Position numbers and translations under genes: made by a program. Positions 19,287-30,630 of a stretch of 63,106 nt of DNA are shown here, in pieces. The number at the start of each line of letters is the position of its first letter. The first letter of the stretch is position 1. This DNA is from a bacterium. Its GTDB lineage: Bacteria; Hinthialibacterota; Hinthialibacteria; Hinthialibacterales; Hinthialibacteraceae. Location: contig CAXXSM010000133.1 in assembly GCA_963663405.2 (NCBI GenBank), positions 1-63,106 on the forward strand. Direction: 5' to 3'. The notes beneath the pieces were generated by a model that was not told the DNA's origin, ran no database searches, and saw only the letters and a program-made list of their open reading frames with translations.

Positions 19287-20615
19287 CTAAATACCTTTTG
19301 AATAGAAATACCAATCTTCGACGTGAGAAAGCACGTTCAAATGGGAAGTTTCGTCGAGAAGGATGGATGGGCCGTCTTTTCCTGGAAGAATAATGGTTTC
19401 CCCATTATATTCAAACGCAGGGCCGCCCTTCCCACCAATGGCATTGAGATTTTTAATACGCGCGGTAGAGTTGATGAGTTCAAGGCCGGCGCCGCCTTGG
19501 CAGTGGTTCGTCTCAAGCGGAATTTCTAAATAGTCAAGTTCATCATCAAAAATTGAAGTATTAAATTCCGCTCCTTGGCCTCCTATACAAACACAATTGT
19601 TGATTGAAATATTTGAATTTAAAATCGATAATGCAGCTCCCCCAAATCCAATTTCTTCTGATTGAAAATAGAAAGGATCTATACCAAACTGATAGTTTTT
19701 CAATCCTTTGCCTCCAACAATCTGCGAATTCTCAAAATCAAACTCACAATCTTCAGATCCTATGATCTTAACACCAACGCCTCCATCCAAAAAACATGCT
19801 CTATAACCAGATCCAAACATACTATTTTGCTTTGCGTCCGCCGCTTGGATACTTGTATTACTTATTTTAATTATCGTATCTCGACAGTTTGCAAACCAAA
19901 CCGCGCCATTAACAATTCCTTCATCGCTATTGATTATGCTATCTTGAATTTCAATTTGCGCATTCTCTAAATCATGTACGTATAATACAGGGATCTCGAA
20001 AGCTGCGTCATAGGGAGGTGTGTATCTAATGATATTTTGTGATAAAACACCATCCATCATTGAATCATATATAGATATACTACTGTCCGTAAATATTGGA
20101 CAATGAATGTTACAGTTTTTGATCAATGCAATGCTATTTATTAACTGAATTGGAGAAGTTGAAACTTCCATTCCTCCAGCAATATCTATTTTATCGATTT
20201 CCAGATTTTCAAATGTAACAGTGCTATTTTCAATCCATATAGCGCTTAATAAAGGATCATAATAATTTGTTACATCATAACCTTCTTCTGGATAAAGGGG
20301 GCATATTGCAAGTGTGATTGGCCATTCTAAATTTCCATCCGTTGATATTTTTATTTTTCCATTCGTATCCCCGATTATTTTAAGATTTTTATTCTGAATG
20401 ATTAAACCACTTTCCATCATCCACCAGCGGAGGTACGTCTCCGGCGGTTGATGAATTTCAACTCTCGTTGTTTGGATCAAAATCTCATCTCCACTTTCCG
20501 CCATATCCACCGCGTCTTGTAATACAGTGGCGTCACCGGGGATCGTGATGGTTTTGGCGTTGAGCGCGAATGCTGCGATCAGGATTATATATACGGTCCA
20601 GATTGTGGTTTTCAT
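19287..20615 (-). CDS. Secreted hypothetical protein, probable parallel beta-helix
   Basis: Signal peptide, TIPGD..LQDAVD.AESGDEI beta-helix cap, I.N/GG.G repeats; AT-rich. Confidence 0.65.
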   Translation of the reverse strand: MKTTIWTVYIILIAAFALNAKTITIPGDATVLQDAVDMAESGDEILIQTTRVEIHQPPETYLRWWMMESGLIIQNKNLKIIGDTNGKIKISTDGNLEWPITLAICPLYPEEGYDVTNYYDPLLSAIWIENSTVTFENLEIDKIDIAGGMEVSTSPIQLINSIALIKNCNIHCPIFTDSSISIYDSMMDGVLSQNIIRYTPPYDAAFEIPVLYVHDLENAQIEIQDSIINSDEGIVNGAVWFANCRDTIIKISNTSIQAADAKQNSMFGSGYRACFLDGGVGVKIIGSEDCEFDFENSQIVGGKGLKNYQFGIDPFYFQSEEIGFGGAALSILNSNISINNCVCIGGQGAEFNTSIFDDELDYLEIPLETNHCQGGAGLELINSTARIKNLNAIGGKGGPAFEYNGETIILPGKDGPSILLDETSHLNVLSHVEDWYFYSKGI

Positions 20616-20777
20616 GTAGAAGTCTCACTTTCTTATAAGGATACTTCAGATCAATACCCACAAAGAAATGTAACCGGTCATAGGATGTTTGTATCAGGAT
20701 GGAAATGAATAGGAATAGAATACGGTTTATTGGTTTTTCTCTCAAGTCTTTCGATCCTATGCCCAAGCGCAACGTTG

Positions 20778-20851
20778 CGGAAATTATGCAAGGGGGGAAA
20801 AATTTCCCTTGCTACTCAGGCGGGTGGCCAGGGCAAGGTTTTTCATCTGCC
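20778..20851 (-). repeat. Composite REP-like repeat (families B and C)
   Basis: The reverse complement contains CCTTGCCCTGG.CACCCGC and GTAGCAAGGG...CCTTGCATAATTTCCG, shared with 58726-58834 and 62178-62268. Confidence 0.7.
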
Positions 20852-21034
20852 TTGTCTTTAATTCTAGTTGTATGGCGGGAAACGCCAGCTTTATCGAAGA
20901 TCATTAGATTTAGAGAACATTTAGAGTGGGCAGACAGTCATTAAGTATTCCCCTCCAAAAACGCGCTATAATTCATTATGCTATTGGTGGTGTTTTCTTG
21001 GTTATAAACGTTCCCATTGAAAGGAGTAGGGAAA

Positions 21035-21505
21035 ATGTCCGCTGTCACCCCTAATGCCGCTGCGGATTACATCCTTGCCTCACAGAACTATGAGGAAGGT
21101 GATTCGATCACTCACCTCAAACTCCAAAAACTGGTTTACTACTGTCAAGCATGGCATCTTGTTCTTTTGGATCGTCCTCTTTTCGATGAGGATATTCAAG
21201 CGTGGATATACGGTCCTGTCGTTCCGTCATTGTATAAACGATTCAAAGATAAAGGATGTCAAGCGATTCCGCATGAAGATATTAAAACTGAACCGGTCAA
21301 AATAATTCCAAAAGAAAGCCGGGATGTTATGGATCAGGTTTTAAATGTCTTTATGGGAATGACGGCGACACAGTTGAGTAAACTTACACACGATGAAGAT
21401 CCTTGGAAAAATGTGTATGATCCGGATGATTTTGGCCACAGAGGGATAATCACCAAAGAATCAATGAAGGATTATTATACGCAGGTAATGAATGCCGATG
21501 GGTAA
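21035..21505 (+). CDS. Panacea-domain (DUF4065/SocA-like) antitoxin
   Basis: ITHLKLQKLVYYCQAWHL, EDIQAWIYGPVV, LSKLTHDEDPW. Confidence 0.9.
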   Translation: MSAVTPNAAADYILASQNYEEGDSITHLKLQKLVYYCQAWHLVLLDRPLFDEDIQAWIYGPVVPSLYKRFKDKGCQAIPHEDIKTEPVKIIPKESRDVMDQVLNVFMGMTATQLSKLTHDEDPWKNVYDPDDFGHRGIITKESMKDYYTQVMNADG

Positions 21506-21932
21506 AAATAAGAAAATCCAAAAACCACCTTCCAAAATAAAACAAAAAACACTTTCTGTAAAATCCAGCCAACCAAAAGAAACACTTCCCGCCATCGACA
21601 CAACAACGCCGATTCTCCGCTTTAAATATCTTGATCCAGGACGATACACTATCCACGATTTAACTAGGGAACAACTTGAGAGTTTTTTAAGATTCACAGA
21701 CAGAATCCATGAATCGACATGGGCAGAGGTTTATACAGACAAAGGAATCAGATACCAGCAAATTGACAGGGGATATCTTCGAAAGAGTCTGAGGAAAATA
21801 TCCAACATCCCAACGGATGTTAATGTCTTTGAATTAAGAGTAGATGGCTCGTTCCGAGTTTTTGCATTCCGCGATACGCGGTATTGTTTCCTAATCTGGT
21901 TCGATCCAAAGCACGAGATTTTCCCGATGTAA
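21492..21932 (+). CDS. Putative toxin paired with the Panacea antitoxin (RelE-like fold inferred)
   Basis: Overlaps the antitoxin; basic; C-terminal FELRV...RVF.F...FLIWFDPKH. Confidence 0.6.
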   Translation: MPMGKNKKIQKPPSKIKQKTLSVKSSQPKETLPAIDTTTPILRFKYLDPGRYTIHDLTREQLESFLRFTDRIHESTWAEVYTDKGIRYQQIDRGYLRKSLRKISNIPTDVNVFELRVDGSFRVFAFRDTRYCFLIWFDPKHEIFPM

Positions 21933-22032
21933 ATCAATCTACCCCAATAAATCCACAAAAAAGTTTATGAAGTTCTTATTTTTGTTGAGCGATTCAAACC
22001 AGGGAGGAATGGATGGGGATCAATTCTTTCAC

Positions 22033-22566
22033 TCAAAGCGGTGTCTTTTTCAAATACCATGATGGCGCCATTAATCCCACAAGGGCGATCAATCCAAACC
22101 AGGCGAGTAGAATGAAAGGCCAATTGTCATAGATAAAAGATCCCACTCCCGGCAGTATACCCACAACAAGAATGTAATTGATTACTTCCCAATACTGTTC
22201 CCGGTCTAATTCCTCTTTCAACTCCATGTTCTCAAGATCCAACTGCAGGTCAGGAAAATCCATAGAACTGGCGTCACGCACAATCTTCTCAGGAGCCACT
22301 TCCACGAAGTAATAGACCAGCCAGCCAACTTCAAGAGTTCCCATAACGAAAAAGACCAATAAGGACAAGAGCCAGCGGTTTCGCCTCCCACAATCTTCAC
22401 AGCGGGATAGACGGTACAATGTCCACACCCGCTCAAATCCGCGAAGAACGAACCACGCTCCCAGCGTGAGAATCCCTAACAATAAATGCAGGTTCTGCAA
22501 CGAAGAGGAGGAAGACTCAACGGACGTAGACCGGCAGCGGCGGCATCGAAAGACATACGTATCCAT
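22033..22566 (-). CDS. Small membrane protein with CxxC-hydrophobic-CxxC N-terminus
   Basis: CRRC and CEDC flank a hydrophobic segment; further TM segments follow. Confidence 0.6.
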   Translation of the reverse strand: MDTYVFRCRRCRSTSVESSSSSLQNLHLLLGILTLGAWFVLRGFERVWTLYRLSRCEDCGRRNRWLLSLLVFFVMGTLEVGWLVYYFVEVAPEKIVRDASSMDFPDLQLDLENMELKEELDREQYWEVINYILVVGILPGVGSFIYDNWPFILLAWFGLIALVGLMAPSWYLKKTPL

Positions 22567-22656
22567 CGTAAAATGATCCTCTCAAACGAAAGGCCTTATG
22601 GTGTAAGTAAATAAAATAACAAAAATGGGAGAAAGAGGCAAACCTTGTGAAGGGAA

Positions 22657-24725
22657 TCAATTTCCTAGAAACCGATATGCGGCGAGGCTTAAAATCAACG
22701 AATTTAACGCATGTCCTACGTTCGAAGCGGTATATGTTTCAAGAAAGAATCCGTTTTCTCCGACGCCCGCGCTGATCGCCATCGGTTCGATACGATCGTT
22801 GAATTCCGTGAATAACGCTTCCATTTCTTTCTCATACGCCGCGTCTCCGGCAAACCGCGCTTTCTCCATATCGAGAATCTGATCGAAAAAATCTTCGGAA
22901 AGAACCGCCTCAATCTGCGCCGGAGAGCGGACTTTTCCCAATAGATCGCGGATCTCTTTACTTCGCCTTGTCTTCCCCTCCGGATGCGTATTCACATCTC
23001 CCAAGAAATTGCGGGCGGCTTCTTCCACATCAAAAAGATACATCGTCTCATCCCGTTCGATTGAGATCAGTTGCTCGATTCCGAGCATTTGAGAGAATGG
23101 ATTTTCCCCAAATTGATAGAGAGTACCAGGAATCTTGGCGATTTCGATTTCTGATTTATCCAATCCAGGCATCCGCTCGAATCGCGAGAGCGACGACGAT
23201 TCTGGATCATACTGCGGAAAGGCGATCGTCATCACTGGGGATCCATCGTAGAAGCCATACATATTCATCCCTACTACATTTCCCGGTGGAAACATCCCAG
23301 ACAGCATACGCCACTTCATCGATTGAAACGCCCCGCCCCGGCGTCCGCCAAAACGGTTGGACCGGCCTGAGCCTCTAGTTCTAAAATCCTCTCCATCCAT
23401 ACCGCCAAATGAGCGCCGTCCTCCCTCCCCGTCCTCTCCTCTTTGACGGAAAGAATCACCTCTTGCGCTTCGATCTCCTCGATTTGATCGGTTTTCTACC
23501 GCTTGAATCATCATCCGGCGATCTACGAGATCGGGAGTCCCCGCTTCCTTCTCCCTCTTCCCCCCGCGTTCCACGATTCCCCCGCTCCCGCATCATGCCA
23601 GGATTTGAATCCTCTCCCCTTGAACCACGACCGCGAGAGCCCCGTTCTCCCATCATGCTTGGATCCATCGGAAACATCCGGTTTCCAGAACCCATGAATC
23701 GATCCGATTCTCCCGCGCTGGATGCGGAAAACACTTGCGCAGGCCATCGAAACGCCAGTTCCACCAATCCCGCTGGATCGGAGGCGTTGAAGGGGAACGC
23801 ATCGATAGGCTCCCAGTTGGATACCCATGCGGGCGTCTCTTTCCATGGAGCGATCACAGTCAATTGACCCTGTCCATCAGGAAGCCGGTAAAGACAGGCG
23901 AGACGTTCCACTCCGAGCGCGGTAATAAATTCCGACAGCATTCCATACGGAACCGAGGCCGGCCCTTCCGAAGAGGCGTTCAAGAACAAAGCGGCCGCTG
24001 TATCGCTATAATTCATTCATAAGTTCCAAATGAGCGCCGGGTTTCTCCATCATTTCCGGCGGGGGAGGAGTGGCGAACATTCGGTTGAATGATTCCCGCT
24101 GATTACTGACCCACAATGTTCCTGTATCATATCCATACGCGATCGTCCCAAACGGCGCGTCGATTGATTCCACCGTTACAAGTTCCATAGGTCTCTTCCT
24201 TCGTGGAAGAATCTGGAAAAAGCGGCTAGAAGTGGTTCCCGCACGACTTGCCGCGCTTCTGTGGCGGCTTCGATCAGATTGCCGGAACGCGCCGACAAAC
24301 GCCGGGATGTGACTGTCATCGGTTGGAGGCATCATAAAAAGAGAAACCCGGTCCGAATGATCGATGACGGCTTTGATGGCGGGTGTGACAGACTGTGGTA
24401 AGGCCGCCACAAAATCCTTGAGCACCTTGGCTACCGGCTCTTTGTTTAAAAGATCCGAAAACTCTTCCCCCCGCTCCCGCAGCGTATCCAGTTCGAGCAG
24501 CAGCCAAAGCGGAGATGTATTGGGGAGGACATTATTCACCAGCGCGATCGAAAGCGGTTGATCGCTATTTGGCCGGGAAGTTTCTTCCGCATCCGAATCA
24601 GGTTGTACCGCGATGATGGGCGCCGTTATTCGGTCCATCCGCATTACCTAAAAATTGGTTTCAACGCGATCCCGCAGGGCGATCCCGCAGACAAAAACGA
24701 GTAACACTACTAAATTTTTATTCAT
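22657..24725 (-). CDS. Hypothetical exported protein downstream of the secretin, broken into at least 3 ORFs, with an Arg/Gly-rich low-complexity insert
   Basis: Consecutive overlapping ORFs 24006-24644, 23456-24016 and 22657-23574. Hydrophobic N-terminus MNKNLVVLLVFVCGIA begins at 24725. Confidence 0.5.
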
Positions 24726-24836
24726 TGGCAGTATTCTTTTTGGACAATCAATCCATGTGAAACCAAGTGGAACAACACTTACGTATGAAATCATGGGAGA
24801 ATTTAGTTATTCACCGTGCCGAATCGAATATTATTT

Positions 24837-27671
24837 TTATGCCATGTGCTCTTTAAAATCTTTGTACATTTCGAGCCGGTTCTGATGCTGCCTCATCACT
24901 TCAATCCGGTCATCTACGCCTTTTAGGATATAGGGGTGTAATAAACGCCATAAGTTCCGTTGTTGAACGGTTTTTCGATTTTGATTTAAACGCGTATCCC
25001 TGGATTGGGATGCTCCTTAAAATGGGCACGCCCCGCTCGGATTCAACATAGCGGGTATCCAATACACCGGATAAAACCGCCGTTTCTCCATGCATTACCG
25101 TCAACCGGGTTCGTACCGTCCTCCGGGTAAACGCAGGAATAATCACACCCTGTGTTTCCAATCCCAGGCTGTCCAACACCTGCCCATTTTCAAGATCGAC
25201 ATTGACCGTCACCGTACCTTTGACCTTTTCCGTATGCGCTACTGATAGGCACACGATTTACATACGGGGTTACATTCAGTTTTAATCCAGGCTCTTCAAA
25301 ACTCGTCTCCGATTGGACACCGGAGTTAGTTACAGTGATGTTGGAGACCACCCGGCACACGGGTGATCACTTCCACAAACGCGCTCTGATTGTCACTGGT
25401 CAGAATATTCGGCCGGGCCAAGACATGTGTCCGGCTGTCCGACGCGAGAATATCGAGTACGGCGCTGAACTTCGAAGTCGAAAGAATCGAAGCGCGATCT
25501 AGGTTGATTCCCGAAACAGGCGCGTCCAGAGAGGCTTCTACGGTAACGGGTATATTATCCGGCCAATCAATCCCAAGTTTTTGGTCGTCCGCGTCCATGA
25601 TTTCGACGATCAAAATTTCAACCAAAACCTGAGGGATTTCTTCGTCCAATTGATCGATCAGTCCTTTAATCGCTTCGAAATACGTCTCGCTGGTCGTCAC
25701 CAACAGCGAATTGGTCCGTGTTTCTGACACGATCCGCACATTCCCGACGAGATTGCTGATTTCATCTTCCCCCATCGTGGAACTGTTCTGATACCAGAAA
25801 AATCCTCGATTTCCACCCCCCGCCTGTTTGGTCTTCAAAGAGCGCGTTCAATTGATCGGCGAGATAATCCGCGTTCGCATTATCCAGGTGGAACACTTTT
25901 GTTGTTGCGATATCATCTGGGATATCCAATTCTTTGATCAGTTTTTCAATGACTTTAAACGCGCGTGGTGTGCTGGCGATGGCAATCAAAGCGTTGGTTG
26001 TCGTATCGGCGATCAATTTCACTTTCCCACTTAATCCCGTGATGCCTTGTTGCTGATCCTGGAATGGTGAGAAGATAAATCCCCGCCGCCCACCACCGGT
26101 TGTTGAACTTTCATCAAACAGATTGTTCATCAAGTTCGCCAGATCCAGCGCTCGCACATTTTCGATTTTATATACACGCGGCTCCACCTTTGATTCTGGA
26201 AGCGCCATATCCAGCTTCTTGACGAGTTCCTCGATCATGGGGAAATCGCCGGGTTTCGCGGTAATAATCAATGCGTTCATCCGCTGGTCTTCGATGATGC
26301 GGATATCCTCCTGCTCTTGCTGACCGTACCGGCCACCCCACCCCCAGCTGTAACCATAACGGCTCCGGACGAGGACGATTGACTGTCCTGGCCGATCAAT
26401 TGAACCATCATCTCGCTGAGAATGATCGCGTCAGCGTTTACAAGCGGATACACCCGCGTATCTTTTTCATAACTTTTACCGCTGTCGAGAGTGTTGATTA
26501 ACTCTTCGAGTATTTTGATGTCTTCGGGATAGGCGAATGCGATGATCGTGTTCGTGCGCGCGTCTGATGTAACAACCGGCCTATAGATGTTGGATCTGCG
26601 CGCCTCCGCGAGTTCCGATAAATTCTGCGCGATTTCTGTCGCGTCACCGTTTTTTAGCGTAAAGGTCTTTGTCACCAGACTGTCCGTCGATGGAACATCT
26701 AGTTTTTCGATAAACGCCCCCACTTCATCGATGGCTTCTTCCGGCGCGGATACAATCAAAGAGTTGGTCGTCCGGTCCGCCAGCACTTCTACATTCGCTG
26801 ATTGCCTGCGGCCACGGTTCTGTCCCGTCGCTATTTTGGAAAGAACAATATTTTCCAGTAAATCACTCATGTTCCGCGCCATCTGGTTCGCGTCCATATA
26901 CTTGAGCCGGAACACACGGATCGCCACCCCGCTCAACGCGTCTTCTTTATCCAATTGCTTAATGATGGATTCGATCCGTTTGATATTCGACGCGGTGTCA
27001 GTCACGATGAGGGATTTCGAACGATCATCGGCGATGATACTGGCGTTTTCCGAGATGAGAGGCGAGAGCGATTCCCGCAACGTCGAAGCGGGCGCGTATT
27101 TTAATTGGATCACCGACGTCTGCACCCGCGATCCTAAGCCTTCCTTGGTGACGCCGACCTCCACGTCCACCCCTTTCTGCTTGGCGGCGCTGGTTGGCAG
27201 CACAACGATCATCTGATCGGATTCCAGAAAGGTCAATCCTTTTAACATAAACGCGGCGTCGAGGATTTCGATCGCGGCTTCCTTTGTCACTTCATTAGGA
27301 TTGATAATTGTGAAATTCGCGTTGACGTCATCACCCTTGATGACCAATTTCTTCGTCAGATCGCTCAAGAACTTCAGCACTTGATCGACTGGCGCATTGT
27401 TGAAGTTCAGTTTAAACTTTTCCGGTTCGCCAGGCGTCGCTGACTCGATTGGCCGCGCGCTCACGCCGTTTGGTGTGAAAATCCGGCCACTGCGGAGTAG
27501 ATCCTGTAACGAATCCGCAACCAGCCCACCCAAACCTTTCGCTCTTGCTTCCGTGGCGGAACCGGTTTCGGACGGAGCCGAATCCTGCGCCCATACCCCA
27601 GCCGGAGTCAACATGCTCATCATCAATAATAACGCTCCGGCGCTAATCAATACTTGTCGAATAGACCTCAT
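24837..27671 (-). CDS. gspD: Type II secretion secretin, about 5 apparent frameshifts
   Basis: LNFNNAPV N0 domain, repeated N domains (D.RTNSLIV), PQVLVEILIVE, PNILTSDNQSA, GVPILRSIP, ELMAFITP. Breaks near 26366, 25818, 25352, 25235 and 24934. Confidence 0.85.
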
Positions 27672-27772
27672 AATCTTCCTGCCTCGATCGCGATGTTTCA
27701 AATTCATCTCCCTATCATTTCAATCAACAAATCAAAAAGAATCATTTCGTTTTTGTGCGCTAGACAAAACCT

Positions 27773-28534
27773 TCACCGTCCCCGGCGGACTTCCATAATG
27801 ACAGGGCCGCCACCACCGGGGCCACGGCCCCCAAAGCGCTCTCTCGCTCTTTGTCTCAATTCTTCCCGTTCACTTTCGCTCAAATTTTGGAAGTAGGACC
27901 GCCGTTCTTCACGCGACATGTTCCGAATCCGCTCAAACATGTCACCACCTCCCTGGTTTCCCCCAGAAGACGCCGCCGGCGCCGGTGATCTATTCCCACT
28001 TCTTTGGGTTCCTGAATGTCTCATTCCTGAGGGAGGGCCGCCGCCTCGCCGTCCTCCACCCGGTGAATCACCGCTGCCCTGAAACATGGCGATTGTTTTG
28101 GGCGATTCACTACCATCTTCTAAAAGTTCCACACTGGTGAGGTCAATCGATTGCACGACCGCTTTTCCCACCCGATCTCCCACTTTCAAATTTTGCCCGT
28201 TAATCACCGCTGTATCCATATAAATCATCGTCAGCGTATAGGACTGTTTTTCGTTTTTAAATATATTCCGCGCCGTCTGATTCGAGCGGTTTGAATCGGC
28301 GCTGGGACCGGACGGGCCCTGCCGAGGATTCTCTGGTTCATTTGATTCCGTTGCAGGAGAATCCACATTCTCCGTCTCCTCAATCATGCGGTCGACTTTC
28401 GCGAACTCAACCACTGTCGCTCCCCATGAAAACAGCTGACCAACAACGACAAGAATCAACACCGCCAATACCAACGGCTGCCAATAAGCGCGGGCGAGCA
28501 TTCCAATTCGCTCCGAGGTTTGTGGACTCATCAT
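27773..28534 (-). CDS. GspC-like inner membrane protein with Gly/Arg-rich tail
   Basis: N-terminal TM, AVINGQNLKVGD.V...V.SI (HR-like domain), position directly before the secretin. Confidence 0.55.
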   Translation of the reverse strand: MMSPQTSERIGMLARAYWQPLVLAVLILVVVGQLFSWGATVVEFAKVDRMIEETENVDSPATESNEPENPRQGPSGPSADSNRSNQTARNIFKNEKQSYTLTMIYMDTAVINGQNLKVGDRVGKAVVQSIDLTSVELLEDGSESPKTIAMFQGSGDSPGGGRRGGGPPSGMRHSGTQRSGNRSPAPAASSGGNQGGGDMFERIRNMSREERRSYFQNLSESEREELRQRARERFGGRGPGGGGPVIMEVRRGR

Positions 28535-29109
28535 TGCGCTCCTGCGATCGTATTCCCAGGTGTAACCGGAGCGGGCTGTGCGTTCAATAAATATGTGATC
28601 AACGTAACCTGCCCTTCCAAATCCGGTTTATTTTTATCCTTTAATGAAACTTTGAGCGTTGAAGGCTGCATCAACAAATTCGCCTCCCGTACATTATTGA
28701 GAAACTGGACAAGATTATTGAATTGACACTGAAAATTCACTTTCACTTCCAACGACGCCAAGGGACGTGAACGGCGGTTGACCGAAGGGGAATAACCACT
28801 GATTGTCACACCGCTGCGCCCTCCCACCGATTCGATTTCCGCGAGAAATTTTGAAATCTCTTTCTCAGAAACGAATTTTCCCCGTTCGTTGCCGATCTTT
28901 TTACGAAGCAGAAGATTCTGGCTTTTCTGTTCTTCGACATTCGCCATCTTGTCAAAGAGATCTTCAAAGCGTTTTTCCGTCTCCGCTGACACAACGGTGT
29001 CTTGCGCGCCGTTCGACATTAACTTCGAGCCAATATAAATAACGCCTATCACTAAGATGACCAGCGTGATAATCAAAAGGCGTTTATCCCGGTTTGAAAG
29101 CGATCCCAT
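28531..29109 (-). CDS. PilO/GspM-like protein
   Basis: LSNRDKRLL plus TM, coiled coil, ferredoxin-like F..LVQFL..V; operon position. Confidence 0.7.
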   Translation of the reverse strand: MGSLSNRDKRLLIITLVILVIGVIYIGSKLMSNGAQDTVVSAETEKRFEDLFDKMANVEEQKSQNLLLRKKIGNERGKFVSEKEISKFLAEIESVGGRSGVTISGYSPSVNRRSRPLASLEVKVNFQCQFNNLVQFLNNVREANLLMQPSTLKVSLKDKNKPDLEGQVTLITYLLNAQPAPVTPGNTIAGAQ

Positions 29110-29136
29110 AGCACTCCCTAACGATTCCGTTTCCGC

Positions 29137-30630
29137 CTAACTCGATAATTTCAACTTCCCTTTAAGGTAAACAGTAAAACCATCTTGTTCGACCACCGCC
29201 CGTTCTTCCACAATATTCCGGAAGAATTTGCTTTTATTTAACGTATCCACGATTTCCACAACCGTCTGATTGTTCCCACCGGTCAAGATCAGATCAACAC
29301 CGGTCTTTGTGTCGAGACTAATGGATTTCACTAGCACCTGACTGGGAAGATTTTCGGATAAAAAAACAAACAGGTCCCCATAATTCACATCGGTTTGGGA
29401 GAGTTGGCGAAGCCCGATCTCTTCCTTGTGAAGGCTGTCCGCAAGCCGGATCAACTCCTGTCCTTCCATTAACCGAGATGACACCGCTGAATTGAACCAA
29501 ATCCAATTGCCAATCCACAACGCCAGAATCGCCGCGGCGAGACCTCCGGCCATATAGAGAAATTGGTTCGACGGCAGCGCCGCTTCCGGCACGTACGAAT
29601 GCCACGATTTGGATTCTTCCCCTTTGTCCAGCAGTTCCAATCCATCCAGTTCCCGGTCTAACCGGCAATAGGCGATACTGAGCATGGAGAAATGCGCTTG
29701 TTCCAACGCGGTTTCGTCGGCCACTTGAAACAGCGTTTTAATATCGTCCAATGTGATCCGCGTCACACGCAACGAGCGCTGGTTGGCCATTTCCTGAATC
29801 CGTTCCAACGCCCAGTCTTCAAATCCACAAAGAACCATTGTATGAATCGTCCCCTGTGGGAAACGGCCGGAAGCGTAAGATAGCGTCCGTTCAATCTCCA
29901 GCGCCAAAACTCGCTCTTTCATCTCCGCAACCGGCGCTCCTCCACTTCCAGGAGAGGGACGATCAAGATTCACCGACCGGGTGTAGTAGATCGCTTTTTC
30001 ATCGGCCACCATCAGGGTCGCATATTCCCCTTCTTGCGAGACAATCACCGCTGGATCACTTAAAACAGTTTCGTCTTCTCCCAAGATCAACTCATAGACC
30101 GCCCAGAGATCCGCGGTCAGTTGCGTGGGGACTAGATGATTCGGCGGCCAGGAATCCAAGATGGAATCAACGAATTCCTCCCGCGTAGCGGTCCAGAGAA
30201 GCTGTTTCTCCGGTTCATCCCCATGCCGGGAAGAGAGATGCATATCCCATGCGATCTCTTCAATCGGCACTTGCAGCGCCTCCGCCACTTCAAACGCGGC
30301 CAACTCCCGGATGTTCTCATCCTCCGTAGGGGGAGTCTCTAAAAACCGCGCGGTCATCCGATGGAAGGGAACGATGTAGAGAACCTCATAATTCGACATC
30401 CATCCCACATGCGACTGTTTCTGGATCGAGATGACCGCTTTGCGAAACAGATCCTCCGGCGAAAGAGTCTCTTCCTCCGATTCACTGTCATCGTTTTCCG
30501 GCGGCAGAAGGGAGATTTTTCCCCCTCCCAACACCTGTAAATCTTCTTCCTCCAGTTTGACTTCCAGCCAATAGAGAAAATCGGAAACCGTCTGGAGTAA
30601 AATTGAATGTTTTGCGCGTTTCACTTTCAT
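29137..30630 (-). CDS. GspL-like / fused PilM-PilN-like protein
   Basis: Actin-like cytoplasmic part (AAFEVAEAL.VP, EIERTL, VLCG), one TM, PilN-like C-terminus (LP.QVLVKSI, LNKSKFF). ATGA overlap with gspK. Confidence 0.65.
   Translation of the reverse strand: MKVKRAKHSILLQTVSDFLYWLEVKLEEEDLQVLGGGKISLLPPENDDSESEEETLSPEDLFRKAVISIQKQSHVGWMSNYEVLYIVPFHRMTARFLETPPTEDENIRELAAFEVAEALQVPIEEIAWDMHLSSRHGDEPEKQLLWTATREEFVDSILDSWPPNHLVPTQLTADLWAVYELILGEDETVLSDPAVIVSQEGEYATLMVADEKAIYYTRSVNLDRPSPGSGGAPVAEMKERVLALEIERTLSYASGRFPQGTIHTMVLCGFEDWALERIQEMANQRSLRVTRITLDDIKTLFQVADETALEQAHFSMLSIAYCRLDRELDGLELLDKGEESKSWHSYVPEAALPSNQFLYMAGGLAAAILALWIGNWIWFNSAVSSRLMEGQELIRLADSLHKEEIGLRQLSQTDVNYGDLFVFLSENLPSQVLVKSISLDTKTGVDLILTGGNNQTVVEIVDTLNKSKFFRNIVEERAVVEQDGFTVYLKGKLKLSS

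Noticed and set aside
24645-24655. In-frame TAG near the start of the gene downstream of the secretin as stop-codon recoding
   Set aside because: TAG terminates clear genes here (serA, dppA), and the region is rich in apparent indel errors.
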